Assembly: GCA_964016885.1 (NCBI GenBank) | Contig: OZ024753.1 | Coordinates: forward strand, 9,734,001 to 9,798,000 | Reading direction: 5' to 3' | DNA from: Eledone cirrhosa | Lineage: Eukaryota | DNA: 64,000 bases | Part shown: piece by piece, positions 26,747 to 41,156 of the stretch | Layout: every line of letters begins with the position of its first letter | Numbering within the stretch: position 1 is the stretch's first letter | Notes under the pieces: model-generated | Seen by the model: the letters and a program-made list of their open reading frames with translations, nothing else | What the model was told of the DNA's origin: nothing | The model's database searches: none | Program-made: the position numbers and the translations under genes

Positions 26747-27870
26747 CTAGCAGCAGGACCCGGCGCTGCACGGGGTAGGAAACGTGAAATAGCAATACAC
26801 ATATGCAAAGATTGAGGAATGTAGCTGTGTACGTTTTGAATTGAATCCTTTATTCTCAGGGAATGATTGTTCATCTACTGGAAATGTAGAACACCAGCAG
26901 AGGCCCGAATCGTGAAACATCTGCATGCATGTACAAAATCTGAAGAAAATCAGCTGGGTACTCTTTAAGTGTACTAAATCTTAGAGTATGATTTTTCTTC
27001 CATTTGGAGAAAATCAGTTAGGTACTTTTCGAGTTTTATAGATTTGCACCCAGTCGTCTGGACAGACATCATCTGATGGAGCGACGTAGTCAATTGTGTG
27101 AAAACCAAGTAGGGATGTACGTTTAAGTAGGGATATTGAGATGACGAAATCAGCGTGGCAACGCAGCTGCAGCAGAAGGGGGTCATAGTGCAATTAGCAC
27201 AAATGCTGGACGGCAACAAAAATGCGACAAAAGGGGTCACTGCAGAATTAGCACAACTGCTGTTTGGCGTACTTGCGCAGGGCGTTCATACTGCGGTGTA
27301 GGTGCAACAAAAGGGGTCTTAGTAGAAGTAGCACAGACGTGAGTTTTACGGTGTCAATAACACGGCAACATACACAGGACCCGGATTTGCACGTGATGAA
27401 AGGACGAAGCGTCAACAGGGCGGCGACAAAAATTTTAAGGTCCTCTTCATTTCCTCAATCCCCCGAAAATGGTCCTGCTTAAAAGTAAGTAAGTGTTGAG
27501 TCCTCTGTTAAATAAACCAAATTTTTAACGAAATATTATACGCTACTTACGATGTTTAAGTAGTATTTATATTGAAAATGAAAATGGCATGTAATACCCA
27601 ATGCTAATTCGTAAATTTCCTAGAAACCATTAATGGAATCGGAAATTTCTTTTGTCCACAGCAATGCGAGGGGACTAACTAATGTGTGCTACAAATTTCG
27701 AGGAAATCGGCTGAATTATCTTTAAGTTACGCCTCAAAAGAGCCTACAAAATGCCGTTTTTCGCCTAATGCAGGCCCTAGGGCAGAAAAGGTGAAATTTT
27801 TTTTAGCCCATTGCACTTCAAGAAATATAAGTAACGCATGTGTAAAGTTTGAAAAACATCGGTTGGACCT
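26747..27870 (-). mobile_element. Helitron-like element, 5' end not identifiable
   Basis: 3' hairpin CCCGTGCAGCGCCGGG then CTAG-T; shares the GTGTAAAGTTTGAAAA..ATCGGTTGG subterminal segment with the 10014-10742 copy. Confidence 0.6.
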
Positions 27871-28445
27871 GTATTGAGTGCTCCCTACACCATCTGGAGC
27901 TGTATTGAGTGCTCCCTACACCATCTGGAGCTGTATTATTGGGATAGCAAGGGTGATGGATTGGCAGTATCGGTAGAGCGTCAGACCCCATGCTTTGCAG
28001 CAAAGAGTTACAGCCCTTTATGGTCTGAGTTCAATCATCCTTACGGGGTCGATAAAATAAAGTACCAGTAATGCACTGGGATAAATCCTGGCCTTGTGCC
28101 AAAAGTAGAAACAATTATTGGGATAGCAATGTTTGATCATCAACAGTGTATAGGTGTCCATAGCATAGTACACGTAAACCTTTCATTAGCATATTTCTAA
28201 TATAATACACTAGCTATGAGTTTCCATGTCAATCTACCATACATTTAAGTACATCTTTAATGAACCCAATGTTTGTATTGAGAATAAACAGTATCAAATT
28301 ACTATTTACTCCTAACCTACAAATCAAACAAAACAACTTCCCAAATGACATTATACTTCATTATATGATAACACAGTAAACATAAACCCATGCAAGCGTG
28401 GAAGATGGTCGTTAAACGATGATGATAATGATGATGATGATGATG

Positions 28446-28740
28446 ATGTACACCAGGTCTAAATACAGAGGAGCCAAATTCCAACTGTCATGGCCTCCGG
28501 CTCTCTCGTCTTTCCCATCACACACATGTACACCAGGTCTAAACACAGAGGAGCCAAACTCCCACTGTCATGGCCTCCGGCTCTCTCATCTTTCCCATCA
28601 CACACATGTACACCAGGTCTAAACACAGAGGAGCCAAACTCCCACTGTCATGGCCTCCGGCTCTCTCATCTTTCCCATCACACACACATGTACACCAGGT
28701 CTGAACACAGAGGAACCAAACTTCCACTGTCATCACCTCC
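28446..28740. repeat. 80-bp tandem repeat, ~3.6 copies
   Basis: ATGTACACCAGGTCTAAACACAGAGGAGCC... units. Confidence 0.9.
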
Positions 28741-28769
28741 ATCTCTCTCGCCCTTCCCATCTCTCTGTA

Positions 28770-29130
28770 TTGTGAGCAAATGGGGTCCCATGTGCTGGCC
28801 ACCCCACAGCCCCGGCGGACAGAATGAACAAGGTGTTTCCCTGGAGGATGGTAAGGGAGATGCGCTGGAAGAGCCATTCCAACTCGCGAGGCTCACACCT
28901 GAAGCTCGCCAGCTCAGCACCTATGGCAGTAAGTAAGGAGGTAGCAGTAAGTAAGGAGGTAGCTCTAAGGCCAAGGACACCAGTCTCCCCTGCTAGGGGT
29001 TCGACAGCAAGCCTGTTGGACAGTCACTGATACTTGGAGAGTTTACCATCCTCAGCCCGAAGTACAGCAGAGGGGTTAGTCACAGACTGCACCAGGTTGC
29101 CGCTGGAGAATGTTGCCGCTGGAGAATGTG
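28770..29130 (-). mobile_element. CRE-clade (RLE-type) non-LTR retrotransposon C-terminal relic
   Basis: hand translation: AEDGKLSKYQ*LSNRLAVEPLAGETGVLGLRATSLL..EPRELEWLFQRISLTILQGN, matching the K..KY / P.A.ET.G / QR.S...Q.GN pattern. Confidence 0.7.
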
Positions 29131-29787
29131 TCCCTTTAGCATTTAAACTGGCCGTATCCAGCCAGAATTCCCTCGCCTCTTTCTGTTCAAACTGGCAGTA
29201 ACCGGCCGCTTATACTGATTTTAATAACATCAACATTTAGTAGATTCAATATTATGTGAAATAATTATTGAGGTAAAGCCTTTACTGTGAAAATATAATA
29301 GTATATATAGAATAATTGTTCCTACGTTTGGCACAAGGCGAGCAATTACCCAGTGCATTACTGGTACTTTATTTTATCGACCCCGTAAGGATAAGAGGCA
29401 AAGTTAACCTCGGCGGGATTTAAACTCAGAATGGCAAGAGCCGTAACTCTTTGCGTCAAAGCATGGCGTCTGACCCTCTACCGATACTGCCAATCCACTG
29501 CCCTATATATAGAATAATTGTTTCTACTTTTGGCACAAGGCCAGCAATTACCCAGCGAATTACTGGCTCTTTATTTTATCAACCCCGTAAGGATGAAAGG
29601 CAAAGTTAACCTCAGCGGGATATATAGAATAATGTGAATGCGAAAGGGTTAGACATTTCTTTTAAAAAAAGTGTTGATAGAAGGTTTCGATATAAATATA
29701 TTTATAAAACCTGGGTGGGCTCAGATGATTTGATATCAAAAGAGCTAACACTGTGTTATAAAAAGATACTACATCATGATCTACAGA

Positions 29788-29992
29788 TACGAGCGTCAGC
29801 TGAAAAGGTCACAGGCTGACTATAAAGGAGTGATGTTAGAGCTGCGAAATCTTGAATGCATTAATTTCAACATTTCTTATTAATAACTGCATTGTTTCTT
29901 TCTGGGAACTATGTTGAAAAATAAACCTCATTTGGTCATTCCTTGAGAGTATCTTGGTCAGATTATGAACTTTTTTCAACCAACCTTCATAT
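29788..29992. mobile_element. mariner-type MITE; related copy with internal duplication at ~36007-36305
   Basis: TACGAGCGTCAGCTGAAAAGGTCA...TGAACTTTTTTCAACCAACCTTCATA; internal sequence shared in inverted orientation with 36007-36305. Confidence 0.65.
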
Positions 29993-31336
29993 CTCCCTAA
30001 CCTGTGGTACTCTCCAATACAACAGTACCCCCCCCCCCCACCCCATATGTGGTACTCTCCAATATAACAGTACACCCCACCCCCCACACACCCCATATGT
30101 GGTACTCTCCAATACAACAGAAGTTTCTTGCAATTATTTGGAGAAAGAATATTAGTCTTGTGTATTTTCAAGAAGAAACAAACATGGAAACCTTTCTAGA
30201 GATAGTGTGACAACAAAATGCACCCAGTACACTCTGTAAAGTTTTAGTGCTAGTGCCTTGAAAAAAATGTACCTAGTACGCTCTGTAAAGTGGTAGTGCT
30301 GGTGCCATGAAAAAATGCACCCAATTCACTCTGTAAAGGGGTAGTGCTGGTGCCATGACAAAATGCACCTAGTACACTCTGTAAAGAGGTAGAGCGAGTG
30401 TCAGGAAAAAATGCACCCAATTCACTCTGTAAAATGGTAGTGCTGGTGCCATGAAAAAATGCACCTTTTACACTCTGTAAAGGTAAAGAAGGGAGTCCAA
30501 CTGTAGAAGCCACACCAAATATGGGATGTATGACTAGGATGAGGTCACTGTGACCCAACTGATCTCAGACAACTTCTTGGACTGATGTCAGTATAGAAAG
30601 CAGAACTGAAATGATGATGGTGGTGGTGGTGATGATGTGGTTGGGGGAGGGGTGTATGATGGTGATGATGATGATGGGGGTGATGGGGGGTGATTGGGGG
30701 GGTGATGATTGGGGGGGGGTGAAGGTGGTGGTGGTGATGGTGGTGGTGGTGATGATGATGGTGGGGTGGGGGTGATGATGGGGGGGGGGGGGGGGGTGAT
30801 GATGATTAAGTGGTGATGGTGGTGGTGGTGGCGATGATGATGGTTATGGTGCTGATGATGATGATAGTGATGGTGATGATGATAGAGATGATGATGATGA
30901 TGATAATGGTCATGATGATGTTGGTGATGATGATGGTGAATAAAACTGATGATGATGATGATGATGATGATGGTTATGTGGAGAGTCTTGTAACTCTTAT
31001 CAGCTAGTAACATTACTACGGAAGACATATTGGTCTGTGTGTAATTATTCCAATGTAGAATATTCTGGAATATATTTCTCAGATACAACACAGTCTTAAC
31101 TTAGTACAGTGGAACTAACAAAACACCATTAGACTTACACTGCTGCTGCTGCTGCTGCTGCTGCTGTCGAAGATATGGAATATAGTGTTAACCATCTTCA
31201 CCATCACCATCACCACCACCACCACCATCATTACCACCACCATCGTCATCATCACCATCATCATCATCACCATTACCACCATCATCACCACTATCACCAT
31301 CGTCATCATCAACACCATCATCATCATCATCACCCT

Positions 31337-33600
31337 GTCTACAAACAGAGATAGTGTACCTATTCTATAAACAGAGATATAGTGTACCTATTCTATAAAC
31401 AGAGATACAGTGTACCTATTCTATAAACAGGGATACAGTGTACCTATTTTATAAACAAGGATACAGTGTACCTATTCTATAAACAGGGATACAGTGTACC
31501 TATTCTATAAACAGGGATACAGTGTACCTATTCTATAAACAGGGATACAGTGTACCTATTCTATAAACAGGGATACAGTGTACCTATTCTACAAACAGGG
31601 ATACAGTGTACCTATTCTATAAACAGGGATGCAGTGTACCTATTCTACAAACAGGGATACAGTGTACCTATTCTATAAACAGGGATACAGTGTACCTATT
31701 CTATAAACAGGGATACAGTGTACCTATTCTACAAACAGGGATGCAGTGTACCTATTCTACAAACAGGGATACAGTGTACCTATTCTATAAACAGGGATAC
31801 AGTGTACCTATTCTATAAACAGGGATACAGTGTACCTATTCTATAAACAGGGATACAGTGTACCTATTCTATAAACAGGGATACAGTGTACCTATTCTAT
31901 AAACAGGGATCCAGTGTACCTATTCTATAAACAGGGATATAGTGTACCTATTCTATAAACACGGATACAGTGTACCTATTCTATAAACAGGGATATAGTG
32001 TACCTATTCTACAAACAGGGATACAGTGTACCTATTCTATAAACAGGGATACAGTGTACCTATTCTACAAACACGGATACAGTGTACCTATTCTACAAAC
32101 AGGGATACAGTGTACCTATTCTACAAACACGGATACAGTGTACCTATTCTACAAACAGGGATACAGTGTACCTATTCTACAAACACGGATACAGTGTACC
32201 TATTCTACAAACAGGGATACAGTGTACCTATTCTACAAACAGGGATGCAGTGTACCTATTCTACAAACAGGGATATTGTGTACCTATTCTATAAACAGGG
32301 ATTCAGTGTACCTATTCTACAAACAGGGATACAGTGTACCCATTCTATAAACACGGATACAGTGTACCTATTCTACAAACAGGGATACAGTGTACCTATT
32401 CTATAAACACGAATACAGTGTACCTATTCTATAAACAGGGATACAGTGTACCTATTCTACAAACAGGGATACAGTGTACCTATTCTATAAACAGGGATAT
32501 AGTGTACCTATTCTACAAACAGGGATACAGTGTACCTATTCTACAAACAGGGATGCAGTGTACCTATTCTATAAACAGGGATATAGTGTACCTATTCTAC
32601 AAACAGGGATACAGTGTACCTATTCTACAAACAGGGATGCAGTGTACCTATTCTACAAACAGGGATACAGTGTACCTATTCTACAAACAGGGATGCAGTG
32701 TACCTATTCTACAAACAGGGATATAGTGTACCTATTCTACAAACAGGGATATAGTGTACCTATTTTATAAATAGGGATACAGTGTACCTATTCTACAAAC
32801 AGGGATTCAGTGTACCTATTCTACAAACAGAGATACAGTGTACCTATTCTATAAACAGGGATACAGTGTACCTATTCTATAAACAGGGATACAGTGTACC
32901 TATTCTACAAACAGGGATTCAGTGTACCTATTCTACAAACAGAGATACAGTGTACCTATTCTATAAACAGGGATACAGTGTACCTATTCTACAAACAGGG
33001 ATTCAGTGTACCTATTCTACAAACAGAGATACAGTGTACCTATTCTATAAACAGAGATACAGTGTACCTATTCTATAAACAGGGATACAGTGTACCTATT
33101 CTATAAACAGGGATACAGTGTACCTATTCTATAAACAGGGATACAGTGTACCTATTCTATAAACAGGGATACAGTGTACCTATTCTACAAACAGAGATAC
33201 AGTGTACCTATTCTATAAACAGGGATACAGTGTACCTATTCTATAAACAGGGATATAGTGTACCTATTTTATAAACAGGGATACAGTGTACCTATTCTAC
33301 AAACAGGGATGCAGTGTACCTATTCTACAAACAGGGATATAGTGTACCTATTCTATAAACAGGGATACAGTGTACCTATTCTATAAACAGGTATACAGTG
33401 TACCTATTCTATAAACAGGGATATAGTGTTCCTATTCTATAAACAGGGATATAGTGTACCTATTCTATAAACAGGGATACAGTGTACCTATTCTACAAAC
33501 AGGGATACAGTGGACCTATTCTACAAACAGGGATACACATAACGTACAGGGATATGGTGTACCTGTTCTAAAAACAGGGATACTGTGTATCTATTCTAAA
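31337..33600. repeat. 28-bp minisatellite, ~80 copies
   Basis: AAACAGGGATACAGTGTACCTATTCTA(T/C). Confidence 0.97.
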
Positions 33601-34077
33601 AACAAGGACAAACACTACTAACCACATTGCTAATGATGAACCAATGAGAGAGCTTCTACATGGTCACTTGACTTGTTAGAAATAACAGCCAAAAGCATAC
33701 TCCAAAGTTTTTAAGACAGAGGGACATACAGGATATTGTAGTTTTAGATGAACTCTATCTAAAATAACTTCGATCATTGGTATGCCCAATCAGAGATGAC
33801 CTGGGCTTTAACAAAACATTATTTTTAATCTAGTTAGCGGTGGATTGGTAGTATCGGTAGCGGGCCGGACGCCAAGCTTTGCAGCAAAGAGTTACGGCCC
33901 TTTATCGTCTGTGTTCAAATCCTGCCGAGGTTAACTTTGCCTTTCATCCTAACAGGGTCGATAAAATAAAGTACCAGTAATGCACTGGAATAATTGCTGG
34001 CCTTGTGCCAAAAGTAGAAATAATTATTTTTAATCTAGGAAAAAAAGGAAAGAAATTCTCATTTTTACATTGTTTAG

Positions 34078-34250
34078 CTTAGTGGTTAGAGTATTGGGCT
34101 TGCAATCAGGAGCTTGTGAGTTCGATTCTCAGACTGGTTGATGTGTTGTGTCCTTGAGCAAGACACTTTATTTCGCATTGCTCCAGTTTACTCAGCTTTA
34201 GAAATGAGTTGCGAAGTCACTGGTGCCAAGCTGTTTCGGCCATTGCTTTC
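34078..34250 (+). mobile_element. tRNA-derived CORE-type SINE family B, representative
   Basis: tRNA head (TAGTGGTTAG..GAGTTCGATTC) plus CORE-like GTGTCCTTGAGCAAGACACTT; other copies at ~4198-4342, 19990-20137, 20310-20459, 21640-21785, 23760-23927 and 52168-52285. Confidence 0.8.
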
Positions 34251-34261
34251 CATTAAATTCT

Positions 34262-35557
34262 TATTCTTCTTCACCTATTTATTCCTGAAAGGTTCGTGGG
34301 GGCAGAGTCCTTAAACACTCCATCCAGCGGGTCTTGTCAGAAGCAACCGTCTCCAAGTGATCCGGCTGGATCCCCAAACTAGACCGCAGCCAAGCTCATG
34401 AATGTTATCCAACTATCTTGCTCAGGGTCTACACCTGGGTCACCTGCAGGTTGGTTTTGCCAATAAAATCTGTCTGGCGATTCTTTCCCCGAGACATTCT
34501 AACCACATATCCATAGTATTGGAGCTGTGATCTCTCAATTCAAACTCTATCTGGAGTGACTCTATAGCAAATCTTTCCTGAGACATTCTAACCACATACC
34601 CATAGTATCGGAGCTGTGATCTCTCAATTTGGAGAAGTAGCAGCTCTATCTGGAGTGACTCTATAGCAATTCTTTCCTGAGACATTCTAACCACATACCC
34701 ATAGTATCGGAGCTGTGATCTCTCAATTTGGAGAAGTAGCAGCTCTATCTGGAGTGACGACTCTATAGCAATTCTTTCCTGAGACATTCTAACCACATAC
34801 CCATAGTATCGAAGCTGTGATCTCTCAATTTGGAGAAGTAGCAGCTCTATCTGGAGTGACGACTCTATAACAATTCTTTCCTGAGACATTCTAACCACAT
34901 GTCCATAGTATCGGAGCTGTGATCTCTCAATTTGGAGAAGTAGCAGCTCTATCTGGAGTGACTCTATAGCAATTCTTTCCTGAGACATTCTAACCACATG
35001 TCCATAGTATCGGAGCTGTGATCTCTCAATTTGGAGAAGTAGCAGCTCTATCTGGAGTGACTCTATAGCAATTCTTTCCTGAGACATTCTAACCACATAC
35101 CCATAGTATTGGAGCTGTGATCTCTCAATTCGGAGAAGTAGCAGCTCTATCTGGAGTGACTCTATAGCAATTCTTTCCTGAGACATTCTAACCACATACC
35201 CATAGTATTGGAGCTGTGATCTCTCAATTCGGAGAAGTAGCAGCTCTATCTGGAGTGACTCTATAACAATTCTTTCCTGAGACATTCTAACCACATACCC
35301 ATAGTATTGGAGCTGTGATCTCTCAATTCGGAGAAGTAGCAGCTCTATCTGGAGTGACTCTATAACAATTCTTTCCTGAGACATTCTAACCACATACCCA
35401 TAGTATTGGAGCTGTGATCTCTCAATTCGGAGAAGTAGCAGCTCTATCTGGAGTGACTCTATAGCAATTCTTTCCTGAGACATTCTAACCGCATACCCAT
35501 AGTATTGGAGCTGTGATCTCTCAATTCGGAGAAGTAGCAGCTCTATCTGGAGTGACT
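34262..35557 (-). mobile_element. RTE LINE 3' relic with a coding segment amplified as an ~11-copy 99/102-bp tandem array
   Basis: unit encodes MSQERIAIESLQIELLLLRIERSQLQYYGYVVR (RTE R..Y.GHV.RM motif); continues into ILLAKPTCR and a 3' end shared with ~16918-17045. Confidence 0.85.
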
Positions 35558-36482
35558 CATCATCATCATCATCGTCGTTTTACGTCCGTTCTTCCATGCT
35601 AGCATGGGTTAGACGGGTTGTCTTGTTGTGGGCAGTGTCTGGTCGGCTGACCATACCTTGCTCATACAGGAACTGATTTTGGCTTGATTTCTACAGCTGG
35701 ATGCCCTTCCTAACACCAACCTCATTTACAGTGAGTGCCGGGTGCTTTTTCCGTGGTGCCTACATGTCCACTTTACAGTGTGGGCTGGGTGCTTTTTTGC
35801 CGTCGCACCTCCACGACCACCTTGCAGTGGGAGGGTGTGGGGGCATATTGTCTATATGCTTCAGCTTGTACCCATGGGAGGTCAGGTACTCTGTATTACT
35901 GCGTGACGCCAGAGGTCAATTAAGGTCGCCTTTTCTAATAAAATATCTGTCCATAAACGAAGTATGAAAAGTAGGAATGAATGCTTATTCTGATAGATTA
36001 GCAATATAAGAGGGTCGGCTGAAAAGTTCATAGGCTGACCAAGATACTCTCATGGAATGACCAAATGAGGTTTATTTTTTAACATAGTCCCCGGAAAGAA
36101 ACAATGTAGTTATTATACAAGGGTCAGCTGAAAAGTTCATAGGCTGACCAAGATACTCTCACGGAATGACCAAATGAGGTTTATTTTTTAACATAGTCCC
36201 CGGAAAGAAACAATGCAGTTAATAAGAATAGTTGAAATTAATGCATGAAAGATTTCACAGCTCTACCATCACTCTTTCATGGTCAGCCTAAGAACTTTTC
36301 CCCCGATCCTCGTAATCAAAATTCCTCATTGCCGATAAGGAGTGTGTGTCTGTGTGAAGTATTACGAAGAAAAAGCAAAGGAAAACAGAGTGCTCTATGT
36401 ATAATACAGAGCTATTTAATTAGAATATATTCTTTTATAACCCATGCTAGCGTGGAAGATGGACGTTAAACGAAGATGATGA

Positions 36483-36540
<58 letters not shown>

Positions 36541-36560
36541 TATGTAGTTCCAAAGGAAAA

Positions 36561-36595
<35 letters not shown>

Positions 36596-37281
36596 AATAT
36601 TGTGTTCCAAAAAATATATATACACACACACAAATATAGTGTATTTAAAATATATATATAAATATATACATATACATATATATATATATATATACATATA
36701 TATACATACATATACATACATACTTCAGCATTCTAATAAATATATGTATACATTTTTTGGGGACATCCTGTATATATATATATATGAGAGAGAGAGAGAG
36801 GGGGGTGTGAGCAGAAAGGCGAAAAGGAGAGATAGGATCTTTTGGATTCGTAGTAGAACCACAGTCATCGTCACCACCACCACGGATATATACACACACA
36901 CGCACACACGTTCAAAGCAAATAATTCTTTCTGTCACAGCCCCAAGTTCCTTGCAATTTAAGTTTTCGTTAAGGCAACAAAGCAGCTGCACTGTGTCACC
37001 GAAACTAACGCACAAAAGCGAGAAACCTAGTAGCAAAAAGAAATACAAAAGCAGAAATACTCTACTCCATTTACCAGTAGAGTGCGTACGACCAAACGTA
37101 TAATTGCCAGCAACGCAATTAGAAAAACAAACTTGCTGTTTCTCTCTCTCGGTCTTTTTTTTTACGTTTAACTTCGTAAAATAAACATTGTATCTTCATC
37201 AATAGATGTATGAATGCTCGTCTTAGATGAAATAGTTTACTATGTCTATGGCTTCCACCGGCTTCATACGCCGTGTTGTGA

Positions 37282-37345
<64 letters not shown>

Positions 37346-37399
37346 CTCTGTACTCTACATAAAGCACTCTCTTTTTCTTTGCCTTTCCTACGGAAACAC

Positions 37400-37466
<67 letters not shown>

Positions 37467-37520
37467 CTCTGTACTCTACATAGAGCACTCCCTTTTCCTT
37501 TACCTTTCCTACGGAAACAC

Positions 37521-37560
<40 letters not shown>

Positions 37561-38480
37561 TACTTCAACAGCATTCTAATAAATGTTGCCTGTACAGGTA
37601 ATCTAAGTGTGTATACATTTTTGGGAGACACTGTATATATATTCTACCGACGCTGCAGTGTTTTCTATTACGAGTGAGGAAGCGAAGTTAAGGAAAACAC
37701 GACTAAAGGGAATTCATAGCTAATGTTAATAGTGCGTTAAAAGCTAATATCGAAATATATTTATTAGTATACCAGGTAAATATGTATTCTACGTTTGTAG
37801 GCTAGGTACTCCAACAGAAAATACAAAGACCCTTGATTAGAGAAAGAGCTTTCCTTGAACTGTTTGATAGTTTCTCCCTCTTTCCACACCAACACAACGT
37901 CTCTATTTATATTTTATTTAATTATTTGTATTAGGTATGTGCTTTGCTTTTATTGTATTTACGTTTTGCAATACTAACTCGCACTAACCTCTTCCAATTC
38001 AATTATTGCACTTGCTAACTTATGCTAAAAGAGGAAGTTCACAAAATTGTGTAGTAATTCTACTACAGATGACAGGTGGGGTTTTTCGCCATTCACCTAC
38101 CAAGGTTATACAATAAATGTCAACATCTCAATGTTTTGCAACCTGTACTGACTGAGACACAATTTAAAGCATTGTTAGATAATGCACAACAAAGAATGGA
38201 ATTGGTATAGTTCCGCGTTTTCTCAAATCTTACATATTACGATCTGGTATTGCATCGCACGATATTTGCAAACCAGCAACAGTTGAGAGTGACTGAGTAA
38301 ATGACTGAATATATGAATGAATAACATATTGTTTTTATCTGGTGGTGTTAGAAATATTTCGATAGCAGATACTATAACGGCATAGAGTTCGATACGTTTA
38401 AGAAAAAATGTTATCGGCTCTCGAGCGGGAAAAAACGCAGAAACCAGAAAGAAATAAGTACACGACGCAACATGATATTA

Positions 38481-38591
<111 letters not shown>

Positions 38592-39085
38592 TATATATAT
38601 ATATAAATGTAAGTATGTATGTATACGTACATACATATATGTATACAGACGTACAGTAGTATGTATATATATACATACATGTACATATATATATATATGT
38701 ACGTATCGGTTTACCGAACATTTATTATAATGTTCGGTTTGTTTGTAAACAAACAGCCCGAATTAAGCCGTACAGTGTTTAGCAACCATCGTTGCCCTTT
38801 TGTTCAACACTGACATTATAATAAATGTTCGGTAAACCGATACGTATATATGTGTACATGTATGTATATATATATATATATATACATACTACTGTACGTC
38901 TGTATACATATATGTATGTACGTATACATACATACTTACATTTAAGTAAGTGCCGTACTAAGAGTGAGAAATGAAATTTCGTTTCATTTTTTCCATTTAT
39001 ATATATATATATATATAAATGAAGTAATTCCGTCGGAAAAGTCCAGAAAAAAAGAGTGCTCTATGTAGGTAACAGAGCTTAATTG

Positions 39086-39117
<32 letters not shown>

Positions 39118-39227
39118 CAAATGGAAGTACAGCATATTCGAAGCCAGAGCCTCAGCTCAGCCGACGAATCCTTTCACCACTTCAGCCAAGCACTTGACAA
39201 GGTATAGGACCTCAGAGTAATAACATA

Positions 39228-39279
<52 letters not shown>

Positions 39280-39509
39280 ATATAAAGGAATTTATCGAAG
39301 TCGCATTTGCAGGATAGCAACACAAGCAGAAACATTAAACGATACACGAAATATCTTCATTGTTTTAGAGTGGCAATTAATTATTCGATATAGAAAGGAC
39401 AATGTATGAAGTGCATGCAGAAGACAACAACAAACACTCAGGAAAAAACCGCACCATTCTAGCATATTATGTTTGTTTTTTTTAGAAAAAAAAGCACGTG
39501 TTTGCATAC

Positions 39510-39644
39510 CAATTCGTCTTTGCCAACTGTTAATATCGATGTATACGCCTCTAAATAGACCCGGTCTGCAGCTCTCACAATTTCTAGTCCTTTCACTGTA
39601 ATATCCTTTGCATCACCTAACCCAAGCCCTATGAAATAAAACAT
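39510..39644 (-). CDS. DPH5: DPH5 diphthine methyl ester synthase, coding exon 1 (135 nt)
   Basis: ATG at 39644; encodes [45 protein letters not shown], the Dph5 N-terminus (GLGLGD..DIT.KG, YLEAYTS); donor GTATGC at 39509; phase 0. Confidence 0.97.
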
Positions 39645-39749
39645 GTTTCTGGTTGTTGTTTTTTTCTTTCGATGTAGCGAACCTTAATACATAAACAAAA
39701 GTTGCTCTAGTCGTTCAAGGGAGATCACTCTAAAAGAAACTCTCCTCAT

Positions 39750-39800
39750 AAAGGCCAATGCGTGGGAGTGTGTCCGTGTGTCAGTATGTGACGTCACAAA
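39750..39800. promoter_or_regulatory. putative DPH5 proximal promoter: CRE palindrome and CCAAT box
   Basis: GTGACGTCAC at 39788-39797 and GGCCAAT near 39753, ~110-150 bp upstream of the ATG in non-repetitive sequence; function inferred only. Confidence 0.4.
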
Positions 39801-41156
39801 CCAGTCGATTATCATTTCTCTATAGAGAATAAAATTATTTATTTTACATTTAAAAATATAAAGACATACGTATAAAATTACTTGCTATTTGATTGGAGGC
39901 TTAACATAAAAACGCTTTGATCGTATATTTTTATGCATTATATTTATAAGGTTCCTAGCAATAATTAATTGTATTTATTATTTGTATCTATATTTTCGTT
40001 CGGTAATCATTATATTATTAGATTCATAGAAAGGTAATAACGATGATATTATTTGGTGATAATAATAACGATAATTCTGATATTTATAATAAGAACGAAA
40101 CAGAAACAGAATTTGCAAAATAAGTTCAATTTACTTAATGTTTTTTACGATTGATAAACATGCCTAGAAATGTTCGTAAATTGTTCTTTCTCTTCATAAG
40201 AATACTATAATTTTAATATTTCTAATGCTTGTTCTTGATTGAGTTAGTTGTGTTCGACTACAGAACCCTTTCTGGAAAATTCATTCTTGTTACTAGGGGA
40301 TGGCGTTCGACAAAATCGCTTCTCTGCATTAATAATTTATGCAAATGCTTCTTTTTGATAATGGATACATGTGTGTGTTTGTATTAGTTGATGTTTTTTG
40401 TTATCATTTTTATATGCATATATTATGTCTGTATTATTCTATCTTTGCTTGCATTGAGTGTGTTAATACTAAGTTGACAACTGTTTTTCATGCGGTTGGC
40501 GCTGCATAGTATCTAACCTCGGGGTTATATTTTTTCTTTCTTTCTTTACATATGCTAATTTTTTAACGCCTACTCACATACGATAGTGTACATCTACTTA
40601 AGGAATCTCTTATCACTACTTCCAAACGACGACGAATTGGCAAAAGCGTTCGAGCAGTGATTCCCAAAGTGGGCGGTGCCACCCCGTTAGGGGCATTGCA
40701 AGGTAAATATGGAGTAGAGGAGCGTTGGGAAATAAACGGTTGGTGAGGGAGAAAAGCTGCGAAAAATACAAATTAATAGTTGCTTGTTAAACTATCACCT
40801 GTATTAATAAAGGATATAATGGTATGGTATGGTATGGTATGGTATGGTATGGTATGGACCTGTATCTTTTTAGGGATTCATAGGGGCGCTATATTGATAT
40901 GTGACATTTCTAAGGCACTTTTTAATCCTGGCGGAGCCCATCTCCTCTCCAGGCCTGATTATAGCAGATTTCTTCCAGAAAAGGGTAGCGGGGTGAGAGA
41001 AAGGGGACGAGAAAGAGATATAGATGAAGAATCGACACAGTACTTGACTGGTACTTTCTTTATCGACCTTGAATGGATGAAAGGCAATGTTGACCTTGGA
41101 AGGAATACCGCAAGGCATTCTATCTGACGTTCTAAAGACTGTCAATTCACTACCTC

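Noticed and set aside
26974-27482. ORFs inside the Helitron-like element as RepHel or captured-gene fragments
   Set aside because: No recognisable Rep or helicase motifs; cannot be supported without a database search
31337-33600. Regular 24-29-bp repeats superficially like CRISPR arrays
   Set aside because: Head-to-tail tandem units without unique spacers, no cas genes, eukaryotic context
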